Below are positions 27,016-39,800 of a stretch of DNA of 64,000 bases, piece by piece (the stretch's first letter is position 1; every line of letters starts with the position of its first letter). The position numbers and the translations under genes were made by a program. Under the pieces are notes generated by a model. That model was not told where the DNA came from, made no database searches, and saw only the letters and a list, made by a program, of their open reading frames with translations. The DNA is from a virus. Lineage: Duplodnaviria; Caudoviricetes. The stretch lies in the IMG/VR virus record IMGVR_UViG_3300023435_000009; one strand, 5' to 3'.

Positions 27016-29444
27016 TGGCCCCATCAGACACCAGTTCCAGACGTCCAGGTGGTGCCCCCTCTGTTACCCGTGGGCAGATGCGGTCCACAACCACGAAGGC
27101 CCAGCAGGATCTGAAGAAGGCTTCCCCTGACCAGAATTACGGGTTGGGGATCGCCAAGGTCACTAACTTGGACTACGAGGGCCACCTCGCTACGCTCCGT
27201 ACCGTAGCGGGTGCCTCGGGCACCTATGAGCGTGTGCCTGTTCCCCTTACCTTCCCAGGGGCCGGTGCCCGCCACTTCCTCGGGGCGATGCCCCAGATCG
27301 GGGATTTCTGCATCATCGGTTGGATGGTGCAGGAGAGTGCCACATCGGACGTGGGGGAGAGTACCAAGACTCCTGTGATTCTGGGTTGGATGGTTCCGGG
27401 CATCTGGCCAGGCCGGAACTGGGTAACAACGGCGGAAACGACCGCCGACGAATACGAACTGGGACCGGGAGAAGAGAAATTCTGGGAGGGTTCCTATGAT
27501 CGCACCCGGCACAAGCTCCGGCACATCCAACCCGGCAACATCGTAGGCTCCTCTGCCCAGGGTTCAGACCTTGTGCTGGATGAGAGTGTGACACTGTCCA
27601 ACAGGCGGGGGAACGAGTTCCGCCTACGGGACCAGGACCAGGCTGCCGTACTCCGGGCGTTGCAGAGTTTCCAAGCGCTGGCTGGTGCCCGTGTCTACGC
27701 CGGGATGGTGCAGCGGGATGCCACATTCCTTCCTCCCACCATGGTGTCCGATGGAAAGATCTGGGATGATGGACTTCAGGCGGGGCTGGGACGCCCACTG
27801 ACGGACAAGTCACTCCCCTCAAGTCTGAGTGAAACCCAGGGGTTCCTGACACCATCAGCGAACTTGGCTAAGAGCACTGAGGATTCGACGCTCACTCGAA
27901 GCTATCTTGCCCCGGACCCGTACCTGGATCCCCTCCAGTTTCTTCGGTACGGGGGTTTCATCAACGAATTCGGGCAGGTCGTAGATGATAAGCATAAAAC
28001 CGATGCAATCTACGGGGCGAAGTCCCTGTTCCGTGTGTCCAATCAGAGCAAGGGAAATGCTGTCACCAACCCGGATGCCCGGACGTTGACGGAGTACCGT
28101 ATTGAGGTTACCCACACCTCGGATGGGATTTTGCCCGTCACCGAGCAGACGGACATGCTCGATGTAGACCGGATCCCGGAGAACGACCCGAAGACGGGGT
28201 CCACGACACCGAACGTCAACGCTCCGTACATAGAGTGGGTGCTGGGATCCGTGGTCGGGAACGACCCTTTCTCAATTGCCGGGAGGAAGAGCTACGGGCT
28301 TCCTCTGGTGGCCTCCGTTTTTGACGGGGACACTCCCGCACCAGGGATAGAACCTGCCAACATTACATTCGTTGGGGGTGGGGCCAGTTCAACCCCCATC
28401 TTGGAGCAAGCCGCTACGCTGTTCCGGTTGACACCCCCTACTGGAGGTGTGTCCGAGACGTTCGTGTCCTACAACAAGCAAGGGCAACTCAGGGCCAGCA
28501 TCGGAGGCGACCCGAAAGGCAACGCAGTGGAAGCGTTCCTGAGGGGTGGCCTCAAATTGGGCGTTGCAGGAAAGTTCCAACTGCTGCTCGATGGGCACAC
28601 CGAGTTCGGAACCACTGGAACGAACAGCCTGGCCTTCACGGCGCAGGAGGGCTCAGTTCGCATTTTCGGTGGGGGACCTATCAAGTCACACGAAGCTGAG
28701 ATGGAGGCCGTGTTGGGCACGGGGCGGGGCGCAGGGGACGTTCCTGCGGTAGACATTGAGGCCCGAACCAACCTTCGCCTCCTTGCGGGCAAAAAGGTGC
28801 TCATCCATGGGCACCAGACCGAGGTCAGTGCGACCTCCGTGCAGATCACTGGGCATGAGGATTTGAGCCTCGACGGAGTCAAGAGGACATCCATTTCCTC
28901 CGAAAACTTCCAGATCACTGTGGGTGGGAAATGCCAGGAGTCCTACGGTGGTCCCAAGTACGGTCTCCCCACGAATTTCCCCCTCCACGAGCGGACTTAC
29001 GCCCCTACGGTGCCAGGTTTCGTCTGTGAGAAGGTGACCTATGTGGCGGGGGATCGTGAGGAAACCTTCAACCTGGGGAATCACAAGACTTCCATCAAAG
29101 TCGGTAACATGACCTATGAGACCCTGGTGGGTGTGTGGAAGGCCAAGGCTGCTACCAGCACCTTGACGATGAGCCCTGCTGGGATCAACGCCACGGCAAG
29201 TGTTGGCCCCCTCTCCCTTACGGCCTCGGCGGGCACGGCAACAATGACAGGCACGGCGGCTGCTTTCCTTGTAGCGACTGCGGGGGTGGCGACTGTGAGA
29301 GGATCCTCGGGCGTGTTGCTGGCAGGGCCGATTTTTGGAACGGACAGTGGCCCAATTCTCTGCGCCGGTTCTCTGGAACCCTTCACGGGGCTGCCGTTCG
29401 GAACTTGGGGTATCGGGGCCAAGGGCCATCTGATCGCTAGTTAG
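27015..29444 (+). CDS. central spike protein (gp5/gpV-like: OB fold plus beta-helix)
   Basis: N-terminal OB-fold (GIAKVTNLDYE...AMPQIGDFCIIGW); C-terminal short beta repeats rich in Thr/Ser/Ala/Gly; follows the hub with a TAATG overlap. Confidence 0.75.
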   Translation: MAPSDTSSRRPGGAPSVTRGQMRSTTTKAQQDLKKASPDQNYGLGIAKVTNLDYEGHLATLRTVAGASGTYERVPVPLTFPGAGARHFLGAMPQIGDFCIIGWMVQESATSDVGESTKTPVILGWMVPGIWPGRNWVTTAETTADEYELGPGEEKFWEGSYDRTRHKLRHIQPGNIVGSSAQGSDLVLDESVTLSNRRGNEFRLRDQDQAAVLRALQSFQALAGARVYAGMVQRDATFLPPTMVSDGKIWDDGLQAGLGRPLTDKSLPSSLSETQGFLTPSANLAKSTEDSTLTRSYLAPDPYLDPLQFLRYGGFINEFGQVVDDKHKTDAIYGAKSLFRVSNQSKGNAVTNPDARTLTEYRIEVTHTSDGILPVTEQTDMLDVDRIPENDPKTGSTTPNVNAPYIEWVLGSVVGNDPFSIAGRKSYGLPLVASVFDGDTPAPGIEPANITFVGGGASSTPILEQAATLFRLTPPTGGVSETFVSYNKQGQLRASIGGDPKGNAVEAFLRGGLKLGVAGKFQLLLDGHTEFGTTGTNSLAFTAQEGSVRIFGGGPIKSHEAEMEAVLGTGRGAGDVPAVDIEARTNLRLLAGKKVLIHGHQTEVSATSVQITGHEDLSLDGVKRTSISSENFQITVGGKCQESYGGPKYGLPTNFPLHERTYAPTVPGFVCEKVTYVAGDREETFNLGNHKTSIKVGNMTYETLVGVWKAKAATSTLTMSPAGINATASVGPLSLTASAGTATMTGTAAAFLVATAGVATVRGSSGVLLAGPIFGTDSGPILCAGSLEPFTGLPFGTWGIGAKGHLIAS

Positions 29445-29489
29445 CCTATTTGTCCTTCTGGTATAGGGAAGATAGGGTTGGGGGCGGAA

Positions 29490-30269
29490 ATGCCAAAGCG
29501 AGCAACTTTCCAAGTCGGTCAGCGGTACGGGCGTTTGGTGATCACTGGTGATGCCCCTCGTGCCCCCCATGGGCAAACTCAGGTGCAATGCCTCTGCGAC
29601 TGTGGCACCGTCGTGGTCAAAGTCCTGCACAAAATGATGTCGGGACACACCCGTAGTTGCGGGTGTCTTCGGGGGGTTTCACACGGGGTTACTTCCGAAA
29701 CGTCTATGTTGGGACAAAGGTTTGGGCGACTCACTGTGACCGGCAGAAACAGGAACAATACACGGGAGGGTGGTACTCAATGGGACTGCCTCTGTGATTG
29801 TGGTCACCCCACCACTGTGCCACTGAATCGCCTTCGTACTGGCATCACACGTAGTTGTGGTTGTCTTCACCACGATAATGCCGTTTCCATGGGGAAGTCG
29901 AACAAAGGCAAACGGGCGCACAACTGGAAAGGTGTCGGTGAAATTTCCGGTTGTTTTTGGAAGCAAATCCTGGCAGGGGCGGAGCAACGAGGATTGTCCG
30001 TCACTGTCACACACCAGGAGATTTGGCAGCTTTATCAGAGGCAAAACGGAAGATGTGCCCTAACGGGATTTGCACTGACCTTTGACAGGATTGGCGTTCG
30101 GTCAAGCGGGAATGCATCGCTTGACCGCATCGACAGCACTAAGGGTTACGAGATAGATAACATCCAATGGGTAGAGAAACGGGTGCAACAGATGAAGTGG
30201 GATATGGCCCAGGCTGAATTGGTTTTCTTGTGTAAAGCTGTTGTAACGCACAGTGCCCGAAGGGACTGA
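29490..30269 (+). CDS. HNH/His-Me-finger-type free-standing endonuclease with two N-terminal CxCG...SCGC repeats
   Basis: GQRYGRL...CLCDCG...HTRSCGCL occurs twice; C-terminal CALTG...SLDRIDSTKGYEIDNIQWV...MK; lower GC3; TGgTATAGG extended -10 at 29459-29467. ATG 29490 preferred to TTG 29478. Confidence 0.8.
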   Translation: MPKRATFQVGQRYGRLVITGDAPRAPHGQTQVQCLCDCGTVVVKVLHKMMSGHTRSCGCLRGVSHGVTSETSMLGQRFGRLTVTGRNRNNTREGGTQWDCLCDCGHPTTVPLNRLRTGITRSCGCLHHDNAVSMGKSNKGKRAHNWKGVGEISGCFWKQILAGAEQRGLSVTVTHQEIWQLYQRQNGRCALTGFALTFDRIGVRSSGNASLDRIDSTKGYEIDNIQWVEKRVQQMKWDMAQAELVFLCKAVVTHSARRD

Positions 30270-30270
30270 T

Positions 30271-30888
30271 ATGGCCCTGACCCCAAACCAGCTCTACCAG
30301 ACCCTGGCCCAGAATAGGGCTTCGGGTGGTTTCCCCTTCGGGGGTGTTCCTTATGATGGTCTCGCACAGGGGATTGCTTCGGGCGTGATCCAGTGGGGCA
30401 TCAACCAACCGACGAACTTGGCGCTCAAAGGGGTGGCTACGGGACAGCCCGGTATGGGTGTGATCGAGGCTGCGAGCAGCAAACTGGTCGTTCCTCCGAC
30501 TGTGGACGTGGTGGTATCTGCCCTATCAGGAGCGGGGATGCAGGGGCCTTTGTCCCTCTCTCTGGCGACGGCGGTGACCATGGGGATCTCGCAAGGATTT
30601 AGCAGTTATGGACAGTATTCCGGTGTCGCTGCTGGGATTAGCGTGGGGCAGGATGTCTCTAAGGTCATCGTGGCGAACGGTCCTGCTCTGGTGGGTATCT
30701 TACAGGGTACCTTAAGGGCCTCGCTTGGTGCTGGAGCGGCACTTTCGATGATGGCTCAAGGTCTTGGGATCGGGATAGCCTCGTTGCTTCTGTTGGGAGT
30801 CGGGACGGCCTCTGTGACGCTGCCTGCGACTCCCCCCGTTGTGGCGGGAGTTCCTGTCCCTGGCACTACGAACTCGGTGGTGGTGTAA
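30271..30888 (+). CDS. small Gly/Ala-rich baseplate- or spike-associated protein
   Basis: ATG 30271 follows AAGGGA; TAATG coupling to the next gene; function inferred from position only. Confidence 0.5.
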   Translation: MALTPNQLYQTLAQNRASGGFPFGGVPYDGLAQGIASGVIQWGINQPTNLALKGVATGQPGMGVIEAASSKLVVPPTVDVVVSALSGAGMQGPLSLSLATAVTMGISQGFSSYGQYSGVAAGISVGQDVSKVIVANGPALVGILQGTLRASLGAGAALSMMAQGLGIGIASLLLLGVGTASVTLPATPPVVAGVPVPGTTNSVVV

Positions 30889-33800
30889 TGGGTTTCAGTT
30901 TCGACGGTCATGTATTGCGGGGGGCACGGATCGCTCCCAGTAACGCTGTTACCTCAGGGGAGCCCGTCACGGGGGTCATCCGTGATCCACGCTCTGTCCC
31001 CACGGCATACACATTAAAGGTCGGGTCACCCCTGGGTGAGCCTCCGACCTTTGTGGACGCAGCGGCTGATAAGTACAGGGCCGGAATCCTAGATGCACCG
31101 GGCACAACTCCGGTTGAGTATCTGGTATGGGCGCAGAACACGGCATCCCTGTCATGGGTGGATGACCCATCTTGGTGGCTGGAAACGGGAACAGCGACAT
31201 ACCCCACGGGTACCCTGAGCGTGACCGACGTCGTAGCGGGTGAGACTTGGACGGATGGGGCAGCCCACCTTGTGGTTACGGACGAGGGGAACAGGAGCCT
31301 CAGTCGCATCCTGGCGGTTGTTGTCGCTCGGGGCGATCAGGACTACGACGATGACGGTTGGATCGATCCTGACGATGTGAACCCAGCCAACCATCCGGGG
31401 GGCCAGCCCCGTAAGGGCAACGCCCCCTACGTCACCCTCTATTTCGAGGCCGACGAGCAGAGTCCGACCCTTGGGATGGCCTATCTCACGGACGTACAGC
31501 AGACCGCTCTCGCCGGGGGCCTGTCCCTTCGCAGAGGGGACTACGTGGTGGCCGTCCACTACACACTGGCGTCGTCCCGCTTCTGGTGGACGAGGAACGA
31601 CCGCTACGAGACCCGGTTCGGGTGGGACGGACAGGCTCGGCGTTGGGCACCATACAAGGGCACGGCAGTCAAGAATCTGGGTGCAATGGTGCTAGACCTG
31701 GATTACACGATGAGCCCTAAGGTCAACAACCTGCCCGTGGGGACCTTCCTACCGGGTTCTTCGGCAGCCCCTGACCAGTACTCGATGATCCGGGTGGGGT
31801 CCGTACCGGGGGCCACAGGGACGCCTGTGGGGTCTGTCCGTGTGGTGGCAGACAGTGACTTCGAGGACTATGACTTCGCAGCAAACCCTTGCAATGCTGT
31901 AATGGGTCAGACGGGTGGGAAGCTCGCTTTTAACCCGGAATTTGCGACGGCCCATGCTGGTGAGACCATCTGGTACTCCTACAAGGGCTACAGCCCAACC
32001 TCGGACGGAATCGTGGGTCCGATGCGGCTTGCAGATGCCACACCCCTGTACTTGGCCCCGATCCCTGGTCCGACTGATCACCCCTTCATCCATTTTGGGA
32101 GTCGGAATCCTCTGACCCCTATTTTGGTCACCACTGATGCGGCTCTGGCATCAATCAACACAGTGGACCCCGGTACGGTTGCCGTGTCTCTTTCGACCGG
32201 GAAGTTGCGTTTTGCCCCCGAAGACGTACAGCGGGCTGATCCCTCAACCCCCCTGTTTGACAAGTACTTCCTGGGAGAGGACGTCATTTACAAGGGGGTG
32301 GCTCTTAACAGCCAGCCCCAGCCTACTCGTGCTCCTGTGGCACTCGTGGATGAAGCGGGCGCTGTGGCTACGGCACAGGATGACCCGTTGTACATCCCGG
32401 ACGCAGTAGAACTGCCCACCGAGTTTGCGCTGGACGACCCCCGAAGAGGACTCGGGGTTTCGGGCATCCTCGACGCCCCGGACGGTACAGGGGGTCTTCC
32501 CTCCCAGCCCGGTGTTGCAGCCACGGTACGTCCGGGGGGCGACACCATCGGGGCACAGAACTTGGGTCGGATCCGTCAGGTAGACGACGGGGTTGGAGAA
32601 TCCATCTTGTTCTCCCGTGAAGGGGCCATCATCACGTTGGAGGAGGTGACTCTGGAGGCTGACCTCCCGACCATGGGCTTCAAGGTCAAGGCCAGCAAAG
32701 CCTATGTAGCAAGGGAACGGGGTGTAGAGGGATCTCTGGTGGTGCTGGGCCGAAGTGATCGGAAGAGCTTCGGGGATAACGCTGTCTACTTCCTTCAGTC
32801 GTCACTGACTCCAGCGACCTTCACTACGGACGCTGTGGTCTACTCCAGGGGACGGGACATCTTCAGGTTCACTGGTGATGAGGTGTTCTACTATGCCGTG
32901 GACGGTACGGCATACCTGTGGACACCCACTCTGCTGTTGGCAGCCTACCCTAACAACAGTTATTTCACACCCGAGATGGTCGCCGCATCCCTTCAGTCTG
33001 ACACTCTTCCGTTGCCTCCCGCCGGGACGGCCACCGCTGTGAGCGGTCGTGTTGCAATCCGAGGAGCGACCTCGGTGGAGATCGGTTTCGGGACGGACGG
33101 GGAAAAGGATCTTTCCGGTTGCACTGCCTTGGGCCTTATGCCTGGGTGGCGTGCCGTGAACGGGGTCCAGAACTGGCTTCCTGACTCAGGGGTCACTTTG
33201 GGACTCCCTCGCAGCCCCTCCAACATGGACCGCAGCAGTGCCACCCCGGACTACGCCGCAGTCGACCGGGTCGAGAACATCATCCTGTCCGAGAGTGTTC
33301 CTCCCAGCCCCTTCACGTTCCTGGACAATGTGCCATTGCAGGACATCGCTGGGTATGACGACGGGGTCTTCTTCACCCTCCAGTACCTTGCCCTTAATGG
33401 GGACGAGATCGAGGTGGTCAACAAGCCCCTCCTGCACTACGAGGACATCATTCACAGGTTTGGGCAGCGGAAGTTTGACTGGGTGGAGGACAGCATCGCC
33501 TTGGGTGTCGTGGACAAAACGACCACGACCCTGAACTTGGGTGTTCCCAGCCTGGTGCCGGAGACCCTGCTGGGGATCCCTGAAATTGCCGCAGGGCTGC
33601 TGGTGGCCCCTGATGGTGGTGTTTACATCTTTCAGGATCCTGACACGGACTTCGTTCTGCCCCAGGACGGGGTGTCCGGGAACGTGATCCTGGTCGAGCG
33701 GTTTGGTTCCTTGGTGACCTATGGGTCCAAGGGTGCCCGCCTGACCGACCCCACTCACTTTGAGGATCAGTCCGCTGACTTCACCCAGGCCAAGGTTGGC

Positions 33801-36800
33801 TACCGCCTGAAGATCACCTCCGGGGATAACACCGGCTCCTATCTTGTGGAGGAGATCCTTTCGTCTACACAAGTGCGATTGGCACCTGCGATCCCAGAGG
33901 AGTCCCAGATTTGGATGACGTGGGAGCTTTTCACGGGACACACCTCGGATGTGTATGACCCGGCGCTTGTCGCTGACATGGTCTACAAGGACTTCCAGCT
34001 TCTCCCTGAGGAGCCTTTCATCATCAGGATACTGCATCTGGCCGGGCTTGTGCCTGCAACCCCAGCGGAGCAGGAGGCCAACCGACTTCAGGTGGACATG
34101 GGCGAAGCGGTGGAACTTGATCGTCCTATCAGCCTCCGGTTCGGTTTGGAGGCAGTCAACCTTACGAATGAGGCGACACTGACGGCCCTCAGGAAAGTCC
34201 CCATGGGGACGATGGCCAACAACCTGCTGACGCTCCCCGATGTGAACAGTTCCCGTTTCTCCACGGAGGCGTTCTCCGTTCAGGTGGGGAGGGCAACTTT
34301 TAGCCACGGGGCCGGTGATCTGGTGGGGGTTGCGTCCTTCAGTTCGGATCCGTCAGGAATTGAGTACCTGACCGCTGACATTGTTGTTGGCGGTGTGACG
34401 ACACCGAAGGGGCGTCTCAAGTTTGGCACCACTGTGTTGACTTCACTGACGGGGGCCAAGGTCTACTACCAGGAGGAGTTCCTGGGTGCAGCCCTGCTCG
34501 TCAGTGGAGAGGCGGAGTTTGACCCCTCAGACGGTTGGTTCAACTTGTCCTCCGCTGACCTGACGGTACACGCTGGGAAGAGGCTCTATTTTGTGGAGCA
34601 GTTGGAGACCGAAGGGCACAGGGATGTTTCCATCAATCCAATGCTGGGTGCCTTCTCCCCCAACGTGCCCCTCCCGAGGGGGGCGGTGGTGGAGGTTCTT
34701 TACTGGCGGGCGGACCTTGAGGGGCGGCGGATCGGTGACCAAGTGGTCGAGTTCCTTCCCGTTTTCGTGCGGAAAGAACAGGCGCAGTTGGTTGCCCCCA
34801 ACATCTACAAGTTCAACCATGCTCTTGAAGACACCGTGTTCCAAGACATCGAACCTTCCGTGTGGATCGGTGCGATGATGCAGAACTTCGGGCAGGTCGA
34901 CTGTGTTGTCGATTACCCCGAGGATTGGAACGGAGCCGGGCGTGTCACGTTCGTGAGTAAAACAGTGGACGCCACGGACCCCGTGACCGTGACCTTTGCC
35001 GTGTACGAAGCCCAGGGCGGGGAGCGTTCTTACGAGGCCAGTCAGAAAAACATCTATCGTCCACCCTTTTTCATCAAGGCGAACCAGAGCCGGTTTGGGC
35101 TCAGGACGGATAGGACAGCAGAGTTCGAACCGGGCCAGATGATTCGGATTGGTGAGGACTGCTTCTACATCCGCTCCCTGAAGTACTTTCCGCTCGAAAC
35201 CGATGGCAGCGGGGATGTGACCGAGGTCAACATCTTCCCCTCTACCATAAACGAGGTGGGCAGCAGGGCTCCTGGTAACGATCTGCTGAACTACATTACG
35301 GACAAGCCCCTCACGACGGTGGTGGACCCCGATGGGCCGACTCCTGTGCCCACAACGGCAGCCGCTGGGTTTATGTCAGCTATTGATCTGACACAGTTTC
35401 CTTTTGAGTCTGTGGTGCGAGGCCAGAAGGTTGTCATCTTCAGAGGTGACCTTACGGAGTTCGCTGTGCCGGGCCATGTTATCGAGATCGGGGGCGCACC
35501 CTACACCATCGGTAGTTCCGAGATCACGGAGGATGGGACACGCACGAAGATCACGGTGACGGGGAGCTTCCATCGGGCCTTCGACATACTGGCAGCCCCC
35601 ATCGTCAAAATCTCCTACCGTCCGGTGTACCCTCCGAACTTCATGGAGTTCGTGGGCGTGGGTCCGGTTCTGGACTCTGAGACGGTGGAACTTGTCCTGT
35701 TCGGGGAGACCCTGAGCAACGGTGAGGAGGCACCGGGGCGGACCCTGGTGCCTGACGTGGAGTACCATCTGGACTACACGTCAGGGGCTGTGCAGCTTCT
35801 GTGGCCTCCGCAAGCTGGTCTGCAGCCCAACCAGTGGCTCCTTCTGACCTTCACCAAGCTGCGGACCCTCCAACCCTATCTCAAGGATGAGGTGCTGGTG
35901 GAGCCTCGGTTCCAGGCGTCGTTCTTGTCCGTCACGACACCCAGCGAAGCGAATGACAGACTGGGTGCAACCCTCGCTGCGACGTTCACCTTTTCCAGCC
36001 CGGACTCATTCTACTTCCGAGCCGTGGAGTTGACCCAATTCCTCAGCGAGGCAGCCCAGGAGGCTATCCGGGACATCAACGCCACGTCTCCCGCTGGGGG
36101 TTCCATTCAGATCTCCGCCGGAGGGACCGACAACTGGCAGCAGGGGCGTTTTGGGTTGATGGGGGAGAAGGCACACCTCTCGGACCTGGATCGGGCAGCC
36201 AGGACGTTCCTGGGCTTCTACAATGACACTGTCGTGGCCTTCGAACAGATCCAGGAGACCATCTCGGGAGGTTTCGTCGGGGATCGGGATGGGAAGTTCC
36301 GGTTCTGGGTGGGCTACGGGAAGGACTACCCCACGCCTGGGTACGAGGACGCCATCTCAGGTGGTCTCCTGTCAAGGTTTGTGTGGGCGGACGCAGTAAA
36401 TTCTGAACGGGTGCTGGGCGCTCCAGCATTCCTGACCCTGGACGATTGGGTGGTGGCTCCTGACTCCGTCACGTTGGAGGATGCTGAGATCAGTGGTTCT
36501 TTCCTGGGTCCAAACACGCTGAATATAATGCAGACCATCCAGGGTGCATTGGTTCAGAATGATGTGGACGACGTCGTTCTCCTCAAGCTCGGAAAGACGC
36601 ACATTACAGGGACGGGGGCGGATCCCTATTACCACTTCAAGGCCAAGGGTGTCTTCGGGCGCATGTCCGATCAGCATCAGTTCTCCCGCATCTTCCCCAC
36701 CCGGACCAAGGCATTCTTCCGTCTGTACCCCGGCGCAGGGGCACAGATGGAGCCGGGAGCCTTCAACCCTGGCGTCTACACGGCAGGACGGGACATCAAC

Positions 36801-39800
36801 GGGGAATGGCTGAAGACCACGGGTGAGCAGATTGGCCAGATCAGTAATCCCGTGCTGGGGGACATCCAGGGTGTAGATTCCATCGATCTGGTCGAGAGAC
36901 GGGCGAGGGGTCGCATCTGGGGGTACTTTCCGGATGGGCTACCTGGTGGTCTTTTCGACGGGGGTGCTTCTCCTCCGGTCCCTGTTGCCTGCATCATCGT
37001 GACGCCGCTCCTTTTAAGGGACGTGCCCGTGGATCCTGAGACGGGCTACCCTGATGACACACGATTCCTCTCCACAGTGCCTCCTGGGGATCTGGGCGAC
37101 GCCGTTGCTGGTGACCCAGAACTGGCCGTGCCCGGTTTCGAGGCAGGAGATCAGTTGGGCTGGGGGAAGCCGGACGGAACAGAACTCGGTGCCTTCTGTC
37201 CCACAACTGTCCTGATGTGGGGTGCCACGGAACCCACGGGCCTCTTCGTCAGAGAAGTCCTATACGGGTGCGTGATTACCTTCCAGGACTACTTGGCCGC
37301 CCCGATGGCGCTCCCTGAGGAAGTCCTTGTGGTGGACACACCCGCCCACGAGTACCCCTTGGAGCGGGGCGACACACTGATGGTGGTTTCGCCCTCAGGG
37401 GTGGCGATGCAGGCTCCTCAGGTGCCAGACCTGACCACGGCTCCCACCTTCCAGACGTTCGCTGACAGTACGGTGCTGGCCGGACTGTATCGGGATGGCT
37501 ATGACTTGGGGACCAAGTCAGACGGACAAGTCATCGACAAGTCCCTCCCCTCCCTTCAGGACCACGCCTACATCCCGTTGAAGGAGTTGGCGGGACAGAA
37601 TGTGCCTGAGCCCACCTCCTCGGTGGAGGGTATTCTGGAGTTCCTTTACATGAACCAGAACCCACTCAAAGTTCCGGCTTTGCTTGGGGGTTGGGTGGAC
37701 GACTCGGGGGACTTCTCGGTCCCATACATCCGCACGGGCAACACAGAGATCGATCGCTTCGAGGACATCTCCGTTGTGGTGTCCGAGGCGATCTCAGCCA
37801 GGTCCGACACGGTGCCAACCGAGGCGGTGTACCCGGACGAAATCCTGAGCCTGAACGGCGTGGTGAACGTCGTTGGGGACACTCCTGCGTCCCTAGATGT
37901 GGATGCGGACCTGTTCCCCGTGGTGCCTGGTCCCATCGTTCCTGGGATCGGGAATGCCCGACCCTACGACCTGATCTTGGTTCAGGAACCAGCCTTGTTT
38001 GAAGACTCTGACTTCACCACGTTAGCAGGGTACACGTTGGGGCCGCACGGCATCCTGTCCATAGGACGAGCGGAGACCATCCCCGGTGGGACGGCGGTTG
38101 AACCCCCGAGGTTCGTCACCCACACGGCAGCCCCGCCCGCCGGACTCAGCCCCGTGACGGGAGATGCCGTCAGATACAATCTGACCAATGCAATGGTGTT
38201 CGTGGATGGTATCTATCCGCCGGATCCCCAGGTGGGGGTACCGCCAGCGGGTGTTGCGGTCTTTGAGGACACACTGGCTGGGATCACGGTGTTGGACTTC
38301 ACCTCTGTTCCCATGGCCCTGAACGATGGGATCACCCGAGGGGTGGGGAACCTGAACGACGTTTACTTTGCGGGCAACCCGATTACCATCAGGATGATTG
38401 CCCGCCCAGACCCGAACGTAGTTGCGGGGCCGGTTGGACCGAACCCACTGCCCTCGTTGACGGGCGGTGTGGAGGCTCTCCGAATTACTCTCTGGCAGGG
38501 TATGGCCTTCGTGTGGACCTATCAGGACGACTTCAACCTGGCACCTCCTATCGGTGTGGCGCTGGGTGGTCCTCCCATCTTTGGGGACAATGTCGTTCCG
38601 GTGCTCCCCGTTTCAGACAACCGCCAGATCATCATTCCTGGCCTCGGCATCATCCCCTGGGGTGCTGTCCCACCGAACACATGGTTCCTGCCTCACACGC
38701 TGACACCGGGGCCGCTGTATACGATGATCTACGGGTTCGAGTACAGCTTTGACATCGACGCCAGAGGGTTCTTGCACTGGGCACCCGCAGCGCCGATCTG
38801 GGGATCCCTGACAGCCTGGGTGGATGAGGACCGCCTCACCTTCCACGAGACCTGCGACCTGCGTTACGCATCAGAGCGGGGTTTTGTGCATCCTCTTAAT
38901 CCCGCTTTGGACCTTGAGACCCAACTCACCGTGGACGAGGTCCGGCTTGGGCGGGATGCAGCCACTTGGTACTGGTCCGACGTTAACGCCAGGGCCAACG
39001 GTTGGACAGGTGCCCCGATTCCCTTCACGTTCTTGATGCGAGTTCCACCCTACGTGGGTGAATGGCAGATGGCGGCTGGTACCGTCAGCGAGCGGGGGTC
39101 TATCCGGGTGATGGCTTTTGAGGGGCATGACAACGTCCCCATTGAAGGGGTGACTGTTGCTTCGGCCACTGTGCCTTCCTGTGACTACCCACCCAACCAG
39201 ACCGCTGAGATCTGCTCCGGCGTAGGGGTCACATCCAGCAGGCTCAACACCTGGCTCACCCCGGCGGAGGTCGAAAGTTCAGACTGTCGCCTCACGGCCA
39301 TCACCCCAAGCTCAGGTTCCGTAGGGGCCGTTGAGAAGGGTGACGTGCTCGTCATCAATGGTTCCAGTAATCTGACATATCCGGGCACCCTGTACGCTGG
39401 GACGTACCTTGTCCGGCATGCAGTGGAGACCTTGGGTGGTTCCTACCGAGCGGTGGCTCCTACGTCCACCACGGGGGTAGGGACGGGTTGGTGCCCAGTG
39501 GTCTATCCCACGGTGTTGGGGTACGACAATGTCACCAATGAACTGACGGTCTCCGATTTGGCCCCCGCAGCGGGAGGACCCCTTGTGGGTGGTGTCAATG
39601 TCGGGTTCCCTCTCCCTGCGGCAGGCACCCGAGTCTTTGTGTTGATTAGTCCTGCAGGGTTGGCTTCATTCGATGAGTTGACTTTCCGTGGGTCTGTGAT
39701 CAGTGCCGAGTACTCTGGGATGGCGATGGTGGCTGGACGGGGCGTCTTCACGGTAGCCAACTGGCAGGATGCAATGGGGACGGTGATCACGGAGGCTGAG

